The notes: generated by a model from the letters alone, not told the origin. A DNA stretch of 63,993 bases, filler included, from Dimargaris cristalligena (GCA_003614675.1; 4 parts of 4 records of this genome joined end to end with filler, not necessarily neighbours in it); one strand, 5' to 3'; positions 33,938-48,460 are shown, counted from the whole stretch's first letter. Numbers and translations are program-made.

Positions 33938-36900
33938 TTATTTGTATATTTTTTATCCTGATTTACAACCAATTTTTACTTGCCTTTTATTGTGTAACAA
34001 CCAGCTGGATGGGAGGATGGCTACCAAAAACTAACTGCCCCCGCCTCCCTTTTGCTCGAGGGGGCTCCTTCGTACTATCTTGGATATTTACATTATCACA
34101 TTATGATTTTTTGACATGTAACAATTGAATGATAGGTTTGGTTGAAATCAGACTTATTTCGCTTTCATTTTTATTAACACAAATGGCCAAGGCAATCATT
34201 TCACACATGTAAGAAATACCTCGGTAAACCCTTTTACAAGGCTATGTAAAGGAGCACATTTTATTTTACAATGGCTATTTGATTCTTGAAAAAAAAAATG
34301 CGAGGAAAACGCGTTGAACCCAATTTAGAATAACTTTTTAATTAAAGAGGTGTCAGCATAATGGGCATGGAATAGCCACTGGTGCTGTTGATGAACTTTA
34401 CCTCGTATTTCATGGGTGGAAATAGTGCAACCCTCAGAGGGGGCGGACAACCCCGAGTCAGAACGACCCCTCATCTCAACCAATGAGAACTCTCCATCTA
34501 ACCCCCTCACTATAGCGGCCCCCTCAGAACAAGCAGCGAACGGTAGTCACTCTACCCAGATACCAGAGATATAGATATAAAAGAGGTGGCAACTCGCATA
34601 CCCAAAAGATCTTCATGTTTCAATAAAATACTTATTTTAAAACCTATATATCTTCTTCCTAAATAACCCTCCTCGGTATTTACTAGTTTACTTGGTCCCC
34701 ACTCGGATTTCTGTCATAATAGTAATGGGGCGGTGATCTGAAGCTTTCGTTTAAATTTTACCCCTGCCTATGGTGGCTGCAAAATAATTACCCCTTCGAA
34801 CCATTCTACAGCGGGCTAGGCAATCATCGGCATCACCCCAGTCCAAAATAGTAATATTAGCACCCCTGTGATATACACTCGCCGGTTTAAAATGTGATTG
34901 GCTCCCTAGGCCCGAGGTACTGTAAAAAAAAAATAGCTTAGGTGTTAAATTATCTCCATCGAGACACTACTTACAAACCACCGATTCGATAGTGAGACTA
35001 ATATGACAAGGATGGGTAGAAGGAAGTCACCAATCAGCCCGTTTGATGGTGGTTGAAGCTACATATTTCAAGTAATATGATGCACAAAATAAAAGGGGTT
35101 CAGCCGAATGGCACCAAATTAAATATATAGTCTAAATGGAAGGGAAATCGGGTACAAGCGCCATTCGCTAACGAATATAGATGGCCCAGTCCGATTGACT
35201 AATTTAGGGGGAACCGGATTAGCAGGTGTTTTCGTCTTTGCTTTAGGCCGGTCCGGCAATTTTATTATTATAGTTTTTTCCAGTTCTTGTTCTTTATAAT
35301 GAGGGGACTGGGTTGCTAGACATAAGTATGTAACCCAACCGGTTACTTTTTTGGGACTGAATGTCAATGTCGACCACAGTCACTGGCTGGTGGTGTTATG
35401 TGTTATCATGGCAACATAAACACGATTTGGAATGAACCAGAGGACCTAGTTACCCACCAGCTCGCAGTGTCTGACAACCGTCTTTCTCCGATGGTATTGT
35501 ACTTGAAATGAATGGTAGTGGAGGCAAATCGGCGTGGGATATTTGGAAATTCTGGCGACTATCCATTTCCAGCGAGGATGGATATAGACTAAATGTTGAA
35601 GGATTCTCATGTAAATTGCACTGGGCTTCAGCTACAGGTGCACACTATCAGGTCCCGCTGATATAGCTCATGAACCGGATTCTACTACGAAAGCCGACGA
35701 ATGGCTACAATTTACCTACCATATAAATTCGGGGGGAGGGTTAGTAAAGGATCCTGATGAGAGAATAAGTATGTTGGTCTAGTCGCATACTGTCGTGAGC
35801 AACAGTATTCCAGAAATAACGGTTAAGGTGCTCCCCCCGAAAGACCTAACCGATTACGGTCCCTTGCACTGGCCCCAATTTAATAGACTATGCTATTGAG
35901 ATAACTGTCAGCACATTGGGATGATGTTGGGAACCCTGTACCGCATTTTTTCCACGCGTAGCCAGATTCGGGTTGATTAAGGGTAGAAAGCGCTTGGTAA
36001 ATCCCATGTTCTTGCCGGGTCATCTAGGGTTGGCCGTAAAAGAGAACAATAATAGGACAATGTCACGGTTGCATAGTCTATTGGACATGAATTCCGTCTA
36101 TTCTATTATCTTGGGGGTTACCCTTTTTCTAAACCGGGGAATCCGCCGACCCGTTTTGAACTTCCTGATCCGTCCCTTCTACAGGGCATTCTCCTATCTA
36201 CCATTCATCCCGACCACTTACTAATTCAACGCTTGCTGGCGTGAGAAATTGGGTGACCTCCGGATTTGGGGATAATTAAGTTGCGAATTCGCTTGGCGGC
36301 AACCGCGAGCCGCCGCTTGGGTGTGTCCCCTCCCCCCTCGCGAATCCGGCGGTTTCCAGCCGCGGTCTGTTGGCCTAATCAAAGGGACGCCATGCTAGCC
36401 CGGTGACCATGGCTATGGAAGGAGTGTGGGTACCTGTCTCTCCCCGTAGTTCGGAATTTTAGTAATGCCAAATCACCTCACCCTGCGCCAACAAGGTATG
36501 CCCTATGCGGGTGTGATGATGCAGCTGTGTTTGATGTCCGACACCGCAAATAGACACGACCATGGTGGCCATTCGAACTTCCACGAGAATTATTGGAATA
36601 TTCAAGGTGGGGCGTCTTTAGCCCCTGCGATATATCCGGGGATTGTTTAAATTTAGAACAATGAAGCCCACCCATTTGGCAATCAATATGGGACCATTTC
36701 AATCACATCGCCCCCCCTCCCTCATCTTCGTAGTTGACTAAGTAGGGCGCTCTTGGCCGACTTACCATCGTCTGATTGGGTACAGCGGATCTACGGGTAA
36801 CTTGACTTATAATGGCGAATGTTATATTCGCTTCTTTGAGAAGGTTCCTCTTTCAGTGAAGGTGCCGTAGCCCCCGTCTCCTTCAGCGGCTTATTTTCAC

Positions 36901-39247
36901 CTGTCATCACTGCGACCTTCCTCCATCTTCTTTTGATGGCGGATAGACGGTTTCCCAAGCTGTTCTATCTATGGGGGTGTCGATCTTTGCTCCAGAAGAT
37001 AGTTAGGCCAATGTCCGACTTTACTGACTAGCACTCTTGTACTAACCCTTTGTTCTAGGGGCTGACCCATATAGTCCTGCTGAACCCGTTTTACCTATAT
37101 AGCAATATGTAATACTTGCCACTGGAACAGTTACGGAGTCCCAAACTTGGCCGTTTCCCTGGCTATCCGCTTTTGGTAGGGCATATCCGGTTGTACCGAT
37201 TTACAGCGGATTGCGTCTATAACCTCGCCAAATGGCCATTACATTTCGAGCCTAAGATCTTGGTTTAGATTGTTATAAGTAACTGCCAAGGCACCGTACC
37301 GCCGTGTACTGGGCGTGTTTCGTCTATTGTGTGGTCATAATATGTAATCGTCCGACTTCCTGGGTTTAGGGTCAATTTCGGCCTGGTCATTTTTGACCTC
37401 CCTGCTCCACCGGGTCGGCTGTTTTGGTTCATCCATAACCTGATTATACCGGCGCCTCTGCCCTTTACCCGAAATGGCCAAACGCATATTATTCAATCCA
37501 CTTTGCTATTTTCCCCATCCTGACGGATCATCCCCAAAGTGTGTGGGTGTGGGGGGGGTGTATATCAATGTACATATATATCCTTATTCTATGACCAATC
37601 TCCCAACCAGCCACCAGCTTCTGCTTTCTTGTGGACCTGTACATGAGAAGAACGCGCGAGAATAATAGAAGAGGGGACGGGAGGCGGCGATGGAGGAGAA
37701 AAGGCACTGCCACTTCGGTCTATCCATTCACTACTGACTTGCGTAATAAAAGTGAACTGGAATGGTTTTGGGGGAGGGGGTTGTCTTCACCCCATTATAT
37801 TCTTCACTGGCCTGCACGGAAATGAAATCCCATATTCAGTTCCCTTACCACTTTCATTTGCCTGTTTGAAAAAAAAACCCCTACTACTACTATACTAAGA
37901 AGGCTGGACAAAGACGAACCAAGGCAGGCAGACCAGTGCATATACTGACTGATTCGGCTGTTTCTTGCCTAATTTCTCCCCTTCCATACATTTCCCAATG
38001 ACAGGTTGTTTCGATATCACGGTCTAGTTTCTGCCTATATGCGCATTGGTTGATGCACAATGGGTATATATATTTATACATGGCCCCCGCCTTGATCTCC
38101 CCCCTTATTCTTCTAATACCTTTGTTTCATTTTCCTGTTGATTGTCTTCTTGATTGATTCCAATGCACCGTTGGGCCACTCGTTGATGTCTTCTCTTTAT
38201 CTAGTATCTACAGTCTCCATAAACTGCTACCCTGTTACCGGTTTGCATTGGGCTTAATACCTTGTACCGGACCCCCATAGCGCGCATCTGCAGTGGCTAC
38301 ACTGGGCACTCCTAATCGTAGTCGCTTGATCCATAATTCCTTACGTAGGAGGCTGCAAGCTGGCCACCGTCTGTGTGAATGCGTCAACCCACGTCCGGCC
38401 TGCTTAGTCCTTCTCACTCTTCAGCATTAGCCGTTCCCACTTTACCACATTCGCCTTTAGCGGCCGCAGCTTAGACCATCAAAACCCGAGCAAAAACATC
38501 CACACCTGTGCCGCTTGATTATTTGTCGTCCCGCCAATGTAGGTGATGCCGGCCCAGAAAGACCACCATCTCCCTCCTGTCGGCTTGACTATCGTGGCGG
38601 CTGAGGCGCCTCTCCCCCTCGTCATTGCCCAACTACATTGTACTTCCACCTCCCCCTCACCCACCTCACCCGGTCACATATAAACCAAGGGTGGACCCAC
38701 TGCCGTAGCTCGATGATGTTTCTACCCTATTGACACTTAAACTAATTTTATATATTTATATCTATTCGAAATCTTTTTCGACTTTCTTGGTTTCGGCTTC
38801 CCCAGAACCAACGATTATATTTCTCATTTAGCACTCCGTCATCCAATCGCTTGATAGCTTATCACGGCTCCTTAAATGTAAGTAAGACAATCAGAACATC
38901 ACCAAGTTGAGTAGTGTCATGTTCACTGAATGGCAGAACTTCTCTTGGGTAACCAATTGCCTAGGCTAATTCCCTCCCCCCTCTCGCTATTTTTGGCCAA
39001 CAATCCCACAATATACCCACTACTTCAGCCCTTGAAATGTTTACATACTAAGCGGCTGGATAAAAAGAAAAAAAAAAGTATTGGTCCCCCCATTTGAAAC
39101 ACCGATTTTTCTAGCCCTTTATACTTAAGTAGCACCCGCCTTCCTTGGGTATGTTGATGTTTTGTTCTCCATTTGTTTTTACCTGGTCCCCTCGATAGAT
39201 TACCCCGCCCCTTTCTCTTGGTCTGCGGGCCATGCTTATGGGTGGCT

Positions 39248-41636
39248 ATGTTGCCCAATGAACCTGTATCGGAGGCGCCTACCACTGCCCCCGCTTGCAC
39301 CATCACCCACCCATCGTCTTCAGCATCTGTTTTCCATTATCCAAACCCAGCTCCCTCCGCCCCCGGGCTACCGGCCTATGCACGGTTGACAGGCCTAACC
39401 CATGACCCTTCCGAATTTCCACGCCCTTATGGCCAGGCCCATCGGGGCGGCGGCGTCACCTCCCCGTACGATCACCCTCTGCCAAACGCCCCTGGACAGG
39501 TAAATCATTGATTTTATTTAATTTTCGCTGCATGATTCGTTATTTACTAAGGAGAAGGACAAGCTGAAGTAGGGGTAAGGCGAAGAGGGGGGAGATGCTA
39601 AGGTAAAGTGTTGGGTCAGTCGACAGTAGCGTGCAGGCCGGGCTATTGGGCCACATCGAGCAATGAATGGGCCAGTGTCGGACGAACGAGGTGAATGAAG
39701 GGGTAGAAGGTGATAAAAGCTTCGGTATTCACCCCTCGACCCGTACCCAAGCCACTCCTCCCGGCGGTCTCTCTAATCCAGGTGGGAAATCGGCCTGGGT
39801 CGGTCGGTGGGGGGGGTTCCTTTCACAAAGGCCCCCGTCTAGGTAGTGACCAATGCCCTGGACGCAATTTCCCCTTATCATCTACCAGGGCAGGCCAGGC
39901 CAGGTGGGCAGACAGTGTTGCCCCTCAATGTCCGTGTTCATGCAGCGTGATTCCGGAATATTCCCTACCAGTGCATCACAGGATGTGGCTGCCGGTTGTT
40001 ACGCGACCCTATTCCCTACCCCTACCCTCGCCCTGGTGTCTGGATGCAGATTGATGCATAGACTATGCACAAATGGGCCGACCCCGAGCCCTGCACCCTG
40101 GGGGCCAATAGCCGAGCAAACCGACAACTGTGGAACCTGGCCCACTGTCAAGTCTCTATAGCTTGTGAATGAATACCAACTCCCCCCTCGTTCCCTTTCC
40201 TTAATCCTCTCCCCCCAAGACCCCCATTAGTCCACAGCTTTATAGGAACAGAGTATTGTAGCAATGGCCTCAGTCACTTGCCCCCCTGTCATCCCCCTGA
40301 CTCCTTCACTTCGATCTGCTTACCCGGGTGCTCGTCTTATGGTTTCTACTGCACGTTATATCCTTTGAGAACACATGAATGGAGTGTACTTTCCGGATCT
40401 ACCACTATATTGATGCCCAAGGCTATAGTGGGTGTAACAAGCGGCCGACTCCATCTATGGCCGTTTTGGGCTTATGGGTGGCAACTCTGATGCTACGCTA
40501 ATCTATAGTGGAAGGTATATGGCGCCTTTACAAATCCATCCTGTTCATTTTACCATATTCCTAGTCTACGTCCTTTTACGACGGTACTAATCCTGCTTTT
40601 TAATCATTTATATACGCCACAAATCAATACCACCTACGCACCCTAGAGGAATCCAACCTCAGTCCATTTAACTACACCCTATGATTATCGGGCCTATCAA
40701 GGTCATCGCCCTTCTACCTACGAATCCACCGCTCTAGCCCCAATGAGTCCTGCCCCGCCCGTATCACCGCACCATAGTAGCGGGTGTACTCTACCCCCTA
40801 CGACTTGGGGATCTTACCATTCCCCCGAGACAGCGCCTTCCCGGCGCCCGGAAATACCGATGTTTGGTCATAGTGGCTCGGCCAGCTCTAGTTCATCAGC
40901 CCTCAATAGTCCAATGGCTCAAATATCGTTTAGCCCGGGGCCACCGCCCTCTTTGACTGCCGCATCCTCTACGCAGGCTCGCTCATCCACAACTTCTACA
41001 TGGAGAAGTATGTCGAGCTCCATTTCCACTCGAGCGAGTCGAGCAGCTCGGGTCCGTCGCCGGCCACGCGTCGAGAACATTTCGGAAACCATCGCTACGT
41101 ATCAGAAGATACTGGATAGCTTGCATATTCAGTATAGCCAAATCCAGGGGTATGACCAGCAGCCCCAGATCCCTGCCCGCTTTATGGGCCCACTCTCGAG
41201 TCACCCGTCCAACACCAACGATCAGTCCATTTCAGCTCTACACCCTCCGACTAATCTTCCTCCCGAAATGGTGCGATCATTGTACACATTAAGGGATGAA
41301 AATTATCGACTGGCTTGGTACTATATTCAGAATCGATGTGAGGTATGTATTATTTTTTTAAAAAAAAAAATTGGCAGGAAACCACAGTCGTACAAGGATG
41401 CAGCCATTGCTGTGTACATGAAGCTCTGCCAGGCGTAGTTTACGAATACTACTATCCCAATAAGTGATGGGGGCTCACCTAGTTCAACCGGCATGGGCAC
41501 TAACCATTGTAAAATTAGAGTTTTTTATGATATTTTTTTAATACCTTACTCGCAGCTTGATTACTTACAGGACTTAATCGCCAGGGAGTCGCAGTCGCCG
41601 AATACCCGAACGGCCGACGGACTACCGACTATATGA
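39248..41636 (+). CDS. Pro/Ser-rich protein with a degenerate bHLH-like C-terminus; exons 39248-39499, 40647-41342, 41556-41636
   Basis: Both introns are phase 0 with GTAAAT/GTATGT donors, CTAAT/CTAAC-type branch sites and TAG/CAG acceptors. Basic region RAARVRRRPRVENISETIATYQKIL followed by LAWYYIQ. Confidence 0.55.
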
Positions 41637-42247
41637 TGCCTGGTAATATTCCCAGCATTAATAAGGATAGGAGGGATTTGAATGGGCTTCTTCTAGGAGA
41701 CATACCCGATTCGGGGCGTCCATTGAATGGTGCTGGACATGCTAGCTAGCCATGACACCCACGAATGGGTGTATTTCAGCACCATTCCCATGGCCGCATT
41801 AGGTTATAATTCTCTAGCCCATTCCAACGGGAAAGAGAAATATTGTTCATAAGGGACAATCATTTTTATTTGTTTTTTTCTTTGGGGGGAGGATGGTGGC
41901 GGTGAGAGTTCGGCCATTTTTGTCGATCCCCCAACACTGTTTGAAGTTTCCGATTAGGACATATTGCTTATGGCAATATTGTCCAAATAGTTTTTGTAGG
42001 TTAAGGTTTACATACCCATGCTGTTTAGTTGATTGATGAAAAGATATATATCTGGTAGTAGTTTTCCATGTATGAATCGGCAAGTTGACCGTTTCTGAAT
42101 GGATATATAAATAAAGGTTATAGTTTTATTTTTTTGGATGACAGACGATGGGATGGATCAGCAGGATCGATTTAACGGAGAACGCTAAGCAAATAGTTTG
42201 GAAACTCGATGCGGACGAAGATTAATAGGATAAACATTGAGCAAAGG

Positions 42248-43562
42248 TTAGAGGGTTTTGGATTTAACCGATCGGGAATAGGTGTTGATGGCAAATTGTA
42301 CGAACAGGTAGATCAGCGGAAGTAGATAGAGGACATTGACGTGTGCGGCAAATCGGGAACCCTCGGTGACCAGGCAGTTGGGTACGAATAAGTAACCGAC
42401 GGCCATGAAAATGCCAAGTAGGAACTGAGTGATTTGCATGAATGTGATGTAAGGTTTGCCCGGGGGATGAAGACCGACGGTTGTGCAGAGATAGTAGAAG
42501 TACATGATGGTATGCACCAGGGAATTGAATACCACGAAGATCCAGATGGGAATGGAACGGAACTGAATGCCAGCCCACATGCAGAGAATAGCGCCCGAGT
42601 GGTGGTAGGTTTGCAGGGTTGACGAGCGACGACCTGTTCGCGGGAGTAAGCGGCGCCAACGGGAGACACAAGGTGAGAAGAAAGGAATAAATGAGAGGTA
42701 TTGGTTAGATGAGTGTACATTTTGCATGATTGGTGTTGGTAGCCAGCTACAGACGGCCTATTTGACCAAAATAGGTAACCGGGGATATACTATATCGAGC
42801 AAGCGCAGCCAATCAGGTCAGATCAAGAAGGGGGTGATGGTTGGTGGCGCACCCATTCACCGCCCCCCCTTCATTCATTCCGAGCACTGTTCGTATAATT
42901 TCACTCGATTCGGAAAAATCGGGTGGTTAGAAGAAGACGAGCAACAGTAGCAGCAGTAAGCACATCGTTGTGCCATGGATATATAAATGAATATATATAT
43001 ATATATAGTCTCCAAACAAGTTACCTTTTAGGAGGATGATGATGGTGTCGATGATTTCGTAATACTTGGACAGGTAAAAGAGGTAGCCCCAGTAGTACAG
43101 CCCGGACCGCCAGAATTTTTCCTCGGTATCACATAGGACGCCGTGCCAGGAGTATTCGTTTTGGACGCGCTGGTGGAGGGTGGTGACGGCGTGGTAGAAA
43201 GTGACAGCCGAGTACACACAGAGGAGTAGGTTGTGAAGAACGACAAAGGTGGTGAAGGCCATTGACTGAGTCCAGTGGGGTTGTTTTGGAAGGGCAGTCT
43301 TGGCCGAGGCTGGCGTTGTAGCAGTGGTAGTAGTGCCAACAGCCCCTTCGGCGGCCTTTCGGTACCGGGCCTGAACCCGGGACAGTCCCCCGGTGGGCTG
43401 TTGGGTGTTGATGTACTTGACGGTGGCGGCGTACACGATGGCGGTGAGGACGGGTGTTTTCCAGTGCATGGCCCAGGGGAAAAGACTCGGCCAGGGTAGG
43501 GATTCGACGGGAATGGGCGGCGGCGGAGGGGCCATGGTCAGGTAGTGCAGGAAGTTCAGCAT
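42248..43562 (-). CDS. Fatty acid elongase, GNS1/SUR4 (ELO) family; exons 43562-43025 and 42633-42248
   Basis: FYLSKYYEIIDTIIILLKG|RRSSTLQTYHHSGA, NSLVHTIMYFYY, YITFMQITQF. C-terminal KSKTL resembles a dilysine ER retrieval signal. Confidence 0.93.
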
Positions 43563-43841
43563 GGCGAACGGAGCTGGGTGGGTGGGGGTGGGAGGAAGAG
43601 GGGGATTGGTGATAATGGTAATGTAGAGGAAATAGGCCGGACGGAAGAATAGGTGGAAGGAGAGGAGGGTAAATAAATGGTGGATGAGGGAGGGAGGGGG
43701 TCCAAATAATGATATTATGAGAGAGATACCCTTAGGCTAGGAGCACGAAGAAAAAAGAACAGTAGATATATATCTATCAACAGGCACATCAACGCAGGGG
43801 TGAGATTAGGTGGGTAAATGGGAGGGAGACGTGGTGTATTT

Positions 43842-43985
43842 ATATGGAAGAAATTCAAACCAGCTGTATAAGGTTTTACATAATATGTGTATGGATGAAT
43901 ATATGCGAGAATATCTTTTAACCAGTAATATTGGCTTCATCCAATGGATTTTGCGTTATACAGCCTGAATGAACTTCTCCCATAT
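43842..43985. mobile_element. MITE-like element copy 2
   Basis: atatggaagaaattcaaaccagctgtataa ... ttatacagcctgaatgaacttctcccatat; internal aaccagtaatatt shared with copy 1. Confidence 0.75.
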
Positions 43986-45846
43986 TCTCTTGTATCCATC
44001 AGTAGGTTCTTAATCACGCATCAGTCAGTAGTGGTTTATTTAAATGACGATCCCTTTTTATAAGAAAGGGTTTCTCACTTCTCCTCCTAGTATAATATAA
44101 TAGCCTATAATGATGAGCATCTCCCAGAAACGGGAGGTGAAGCACGGCCCCTTCTATATAATACCTTCTAGGTTAACTACGGATTTATAAGGGGAGACTG
44201 CTAGGATTTTATTTCATTAGAAGGTTTAAGCCACCATTTTGTGCAACTAACCACACACAACAACCCTTCCTTTTCAGCTGGATTAAGGGAGGATTTTAGC
44301 TGGTATATAGAAAGGTAATATAATATCTACACTCTATGATGGAGATTTCCCGCCCACCGTTTATTTTATCCAACCCTGGCTACTAAGTTAACGCGTGGCC
44401 CTCCTATATTATTATAATATAGTAGGTATGCCCGTTTTCTTACTTATCTGGCTACCACAACCCACACGCACGGCGTGCCCTTGTCGAATTCTCCAATTAT
44501 ACTGGTTAGAACAGCAGTCAGGCCATTTATCTGGACAGTCCCCACCCAAGAGGGAAGAAGGGATTGGGTATGTGAAACACCAACATTATTAGATGGAGAG
44601 ATACCCATTTGGGGGAAGAACAGGGTAATTAGTATGCGCACACGTCACATCGCTTAGTGGGCTGTTTTTTCCCCTTATGCAGCATCGCATTTTTCCCATC
44701 CGGCGGCGGCGGTTGCACTATATATCATTATTCATTCTGCTTGACCTCCCCCCGGACCAACCAGTTCGCCCGATTGGGGCCGGTGGCAGAGAACCCCCCG
44801 CTACCAGGTAGGGTAGATCTCATTATAATGTACTCTAGAGTGGGAGAAGGAGAGCGAGCGAGAGAGAGAGAGAGAGTCACACGCCCAACTCTGCCTGGCC
44901 TGGCCCGGAAATACTACTTACTACTAATACTACACCACCTGCTTGCTTGCTATTCATAGGGCTACCAGCGAATGGCCTGATTATGGGCCGAGCAAATCTC
45001 ATTCGTGTGGCTGATAAATCGGCCCAGTCACCATCATATCCCTCTTCTAATCTAAATAATAGTCAATCAAGTGACTACTTCAATCGTCCGTGAGTGGAAG
45101 AACCACTATCGTCCGATAATTCCAAAAGCGCCGATGGCATAACGGCGATGTCGGAAGGAAGCCCGAGGAAACAGGGGGTTGGATAAGCTATAATATAAAC
45201 CATTGGGAACCCCCCCTAGGGCTGCGTAGACAGGGGGGGGGATACATATGATACTGCTCGATGACCTATATCTCTCTCTCCTTTATTCTGGCCATCTACA
45301 ATGCCGGATATCATCAATCACACAGACATTTCTCAACTTATCCGCTGTGTGGCAGTACCAGGGAAATTATGATAAGCTGGTTCTGATATAACATATATTA
45401 TATATAGGGGAACTATATTGGGGCTATGTATAATAGAGCCATTTTTCCCTATTCCTATCACTTCACTTGGATAAATTAGAGGGGTGGTAGATTTACACCG
45501 CCAGGGTGCCAAACCCAATGACCTCGGCAGGCGAAAAGATAATAAATATATTAAGTAGTAGTAGTAGTAGTAGTAGTGGTGGTATCATCTTCGGGTGAAA
45601 CCGTCTCAGAAACGGGGATGTTCGCCACCTTTCCCTTCCCGCCCTTGCAAACCAATACCCACCACCAACACCTACACTGTACCGCCTCACCTACTTCTAA
45701 CTCGCGCTACTCTATTCCGAAACCCTCACTATCCCTTTTTACTACTAAACTCTCGCTCGCTCCATTACATTGTCTTGTCCAAAGTCACCTACATACATAC
45801 ATAATATATATATATCAAAAAATTAACTTACCCCTCACTGCCCGCC

Positions 45847-46584
45847 ATGTCGTCTACCACCCCTCGCACCATTGTCATTGCCATTAACCCAAAGGCAGAC
45901 GAAACCAAGCATACCCTGCAATGGGCCATTGACAACTTCCTCAACCCCGACCGGGACTCGGTTCAGCTGGTCGCTGCCCTGTGTCTGGAGTCCGACTTGG
46001 ACGCTATTTCCCTCGGTAAGGGCTCCCTCAACTGTATACATACAACCCTAGGCTAAGCAGCACTTTTCCACTCTCTTAAAGAGAGTACTCGTGTCTTAAA
46101 AATAAAAGGGGGGGGGTTCACCTATAAGAGGGACTATGCTACCCACTCTACTGGCTAACTAACTCTAATCTACTCCCTGTATTGCCTTTTTTCTTACCTC
46201 TGTATCCGCGCACCGGTTGGCGTATTCCGGGCCAACTCCACCCTCCTCCTCCCTGTAGGTATCAATGCTGGTGACCTGGCTGGCTATCTAGTGGGCCTGG
46301 AGGAAGAGAATGAAGGCGAAATCACCAACCTCATTAGCCAGTACGCTGCTCTTCTGAGCGCGGCCCATATCAACCACGAAAGCGTCATTCTCAAGGGCCA
46401 TACCGACGTTCGCGACATCGTGGTCAATTACATCAACGATCTCAAGGCCCATACTTTAATTGTTGGCAGTCGCGACCTGGGTGTGTGGAAGCGTCTGTGG
46501 CTCGGCAGTTTCAGCGACTTCTGCGTCCATTCTGTCCACTGCCCCGTCATTGTCGTTAAATCGCCCGACGCGGAAGAGCAGTAG
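45847..46584 (+). CDS. Universal stress protein (UspA family); exons 45847-46015 and 46259-46584
   Basis: RTIVIAIN...TLQWAIDN; LIVGSRDLGVWKRLWLGSFSDFCVHSVHCPVIVVK; GTAAGG...CTAAC...TAG intron. Confidence 0.92.
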
Positions 46585-48187
46585 AAAGGCTATCGAGGAC
46601 GATAGTTTTACCTGATCGTATCCTAACGCAGCGCCCGCGTGTTCCACTTTCCTACTATATGCTCTCCTTCCCTTTGAATTAAATGGGGTGACTTTATATG
46701 CGCATTTATGGACTACTTAATCAATGCGCCTATTTGACCGGCGTGATACCTTCCCTTATCCTTTCCCTTTTCTAACCCATACCAGCGATCACTCCTCTAT
46801 CCCGCGGATGTTTGATTTATTCTTGTATTACCATTACACTGTTCTATATTCGCCAGTTTCACCTCCCCTCCCCATTTTATTGCCCTATTCCATCTCCCTG
46901 CCCAAGGAGTAAAAGGAATCGTTCGTCAAGCATTCCCAAATTAAACACCATTATATAATAAGCATAATAGTCCCTAGCAATTACCTAGCCAATATACGCA
47001 CCACGTGTCCGCTCCAAGTCATGAACCAAGACGAGCGACTGTTAATGGGTTATACTCCCTTTGACCGCAATCACTACGAGGCGGAGATTAAACGACAAAC
47101 CCAACATATGCAGGATACCTGTCACGGTAGGAATTGGCCCGCTTAATCCTGCGCTCACCGCCCTTTTCCCCATATCTCTCACCCTCCACCTAACCCTTCC
47201 TCCTGTCAGCCCAATTGAATTAACACCCTGCTGTATTCAGTGTATATTTATACCCCTCGTCACAAAAAACAAACAAACACACAACTTCTCTTTCCTGCAC
47301 GTCGGCATCAATAGCCATCGTGGATGACATGGCCAATCTGGTGAGTGAGCTCGCCAATATCTTGTCCGACCACATGGAAAGCCAGGTGGCCGATATTCAC
47401 CGTCGCTTTCAAACCCAAGCCCAGGAGATCCAGGAAAAAGAAGAATACCAAGGTAAACCAACTCTATACAATACATAGATTAATCTGGTCAACGACGGTT
47501 AGAGCCACCGTTCCAAAAAAAATAACAATTAGCAGGGGTTGGGATCAAGGCCTGGTTCTTATATAAATAAGTTGGGATATGGCGGACCAGGCCCAACTAA
47601 TTGACATTGCTTTTCTCAAACTATTATCCAGCCGTTTTGCTATCGATTCGAATCCCTTGCCTCGCCGTTTCGATGTAATGGATGGGCGAACTAAAACAGA
47701 GAGTCTCCATATTCAGCTTCTTACGTTTGTTGGAGTCATGAAAAGCGCCTATACCGAACTCTTCGAGTCAATGGGCCAACCCTCCCACGGGAGTCTCAGT
47801 TAGTTACTTGGATTTCATGTCCGCTTTTCTAGTTTTAGGGCCCTGAACCACATTCTTCTCCAAGCTGGTACGAATAGTCGTGGTCAACAGCGTCCCATAT
47901 ACAGCTAGTAGATTGAAAAATCCGTCGATTAAAAATAATAATACACTATTTTATTTTCAAATTTTGGGAAATGGAAAAAAAAGGCTAAATATACTATAAT
48001 ATATACAAGTGTTAGTGATAAATAAGAGCTCCGCGGAGCAGCATGTCAACTACGCCATAGTCTTAATGTGCGAGAGTGTACGCAGTAAACGGGAGCGTCT
48101 CTTCGTGGCAATAACAGAGCCCGTATGGCTACAGCCCCTCTCATCAATTGATTTTTCTTTGGAGAAAAGCGATGGGAGTTGTGAGCC

Positions 48188-48460
48188 TTAGGCCTGAACT
48201 AGGCTGGCCCGTTGCGCGTTGAAATTGTCTATGGTCGCCTGACTGTTGCAGTACCCAAACTCACTACAGATGGGGAATTCAGGCACCCGACAGTCCGCGC
48301 TGGATTGGCATAGGCCTCCGTTGGTATCGGGGTACGGGATAGCACCGAAGTTGGCGGTGTCCAAGTTGGCCTTGGGGGCGCACTTTTTAGCGGTGACGGT
48401 ATCGACCAGGAGGGTAGCGGCGACCAAACCCAGAACCAGGGCAGCGTGGAAAACCTTCAT
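48188..48460 (-). CDS. Small secreted Cys-rich protein with hevein/CBM18-like motif, 90 aa
   Basis: Signal peptide MKVFHAALVLGLVAATLLVDTVTA; CQSSADC.....PICSEFGYC; TATA-like element at ~48710. Confidence 0.8.
   Translation of the reverse strand: MKVFHAALVLGLVAATLLVDTVTAKKCAPKANLDTANFGAIPYPDTNGGLCQSSADCRVPEFPICSEFGYCNSQATIDNFNAQRASLVQA

Noticed and set aside
34390..35760. Short coding-like fragments in the intergenic region
   Set aside because: Interrupted by stops, with no motif or splice model I can support.
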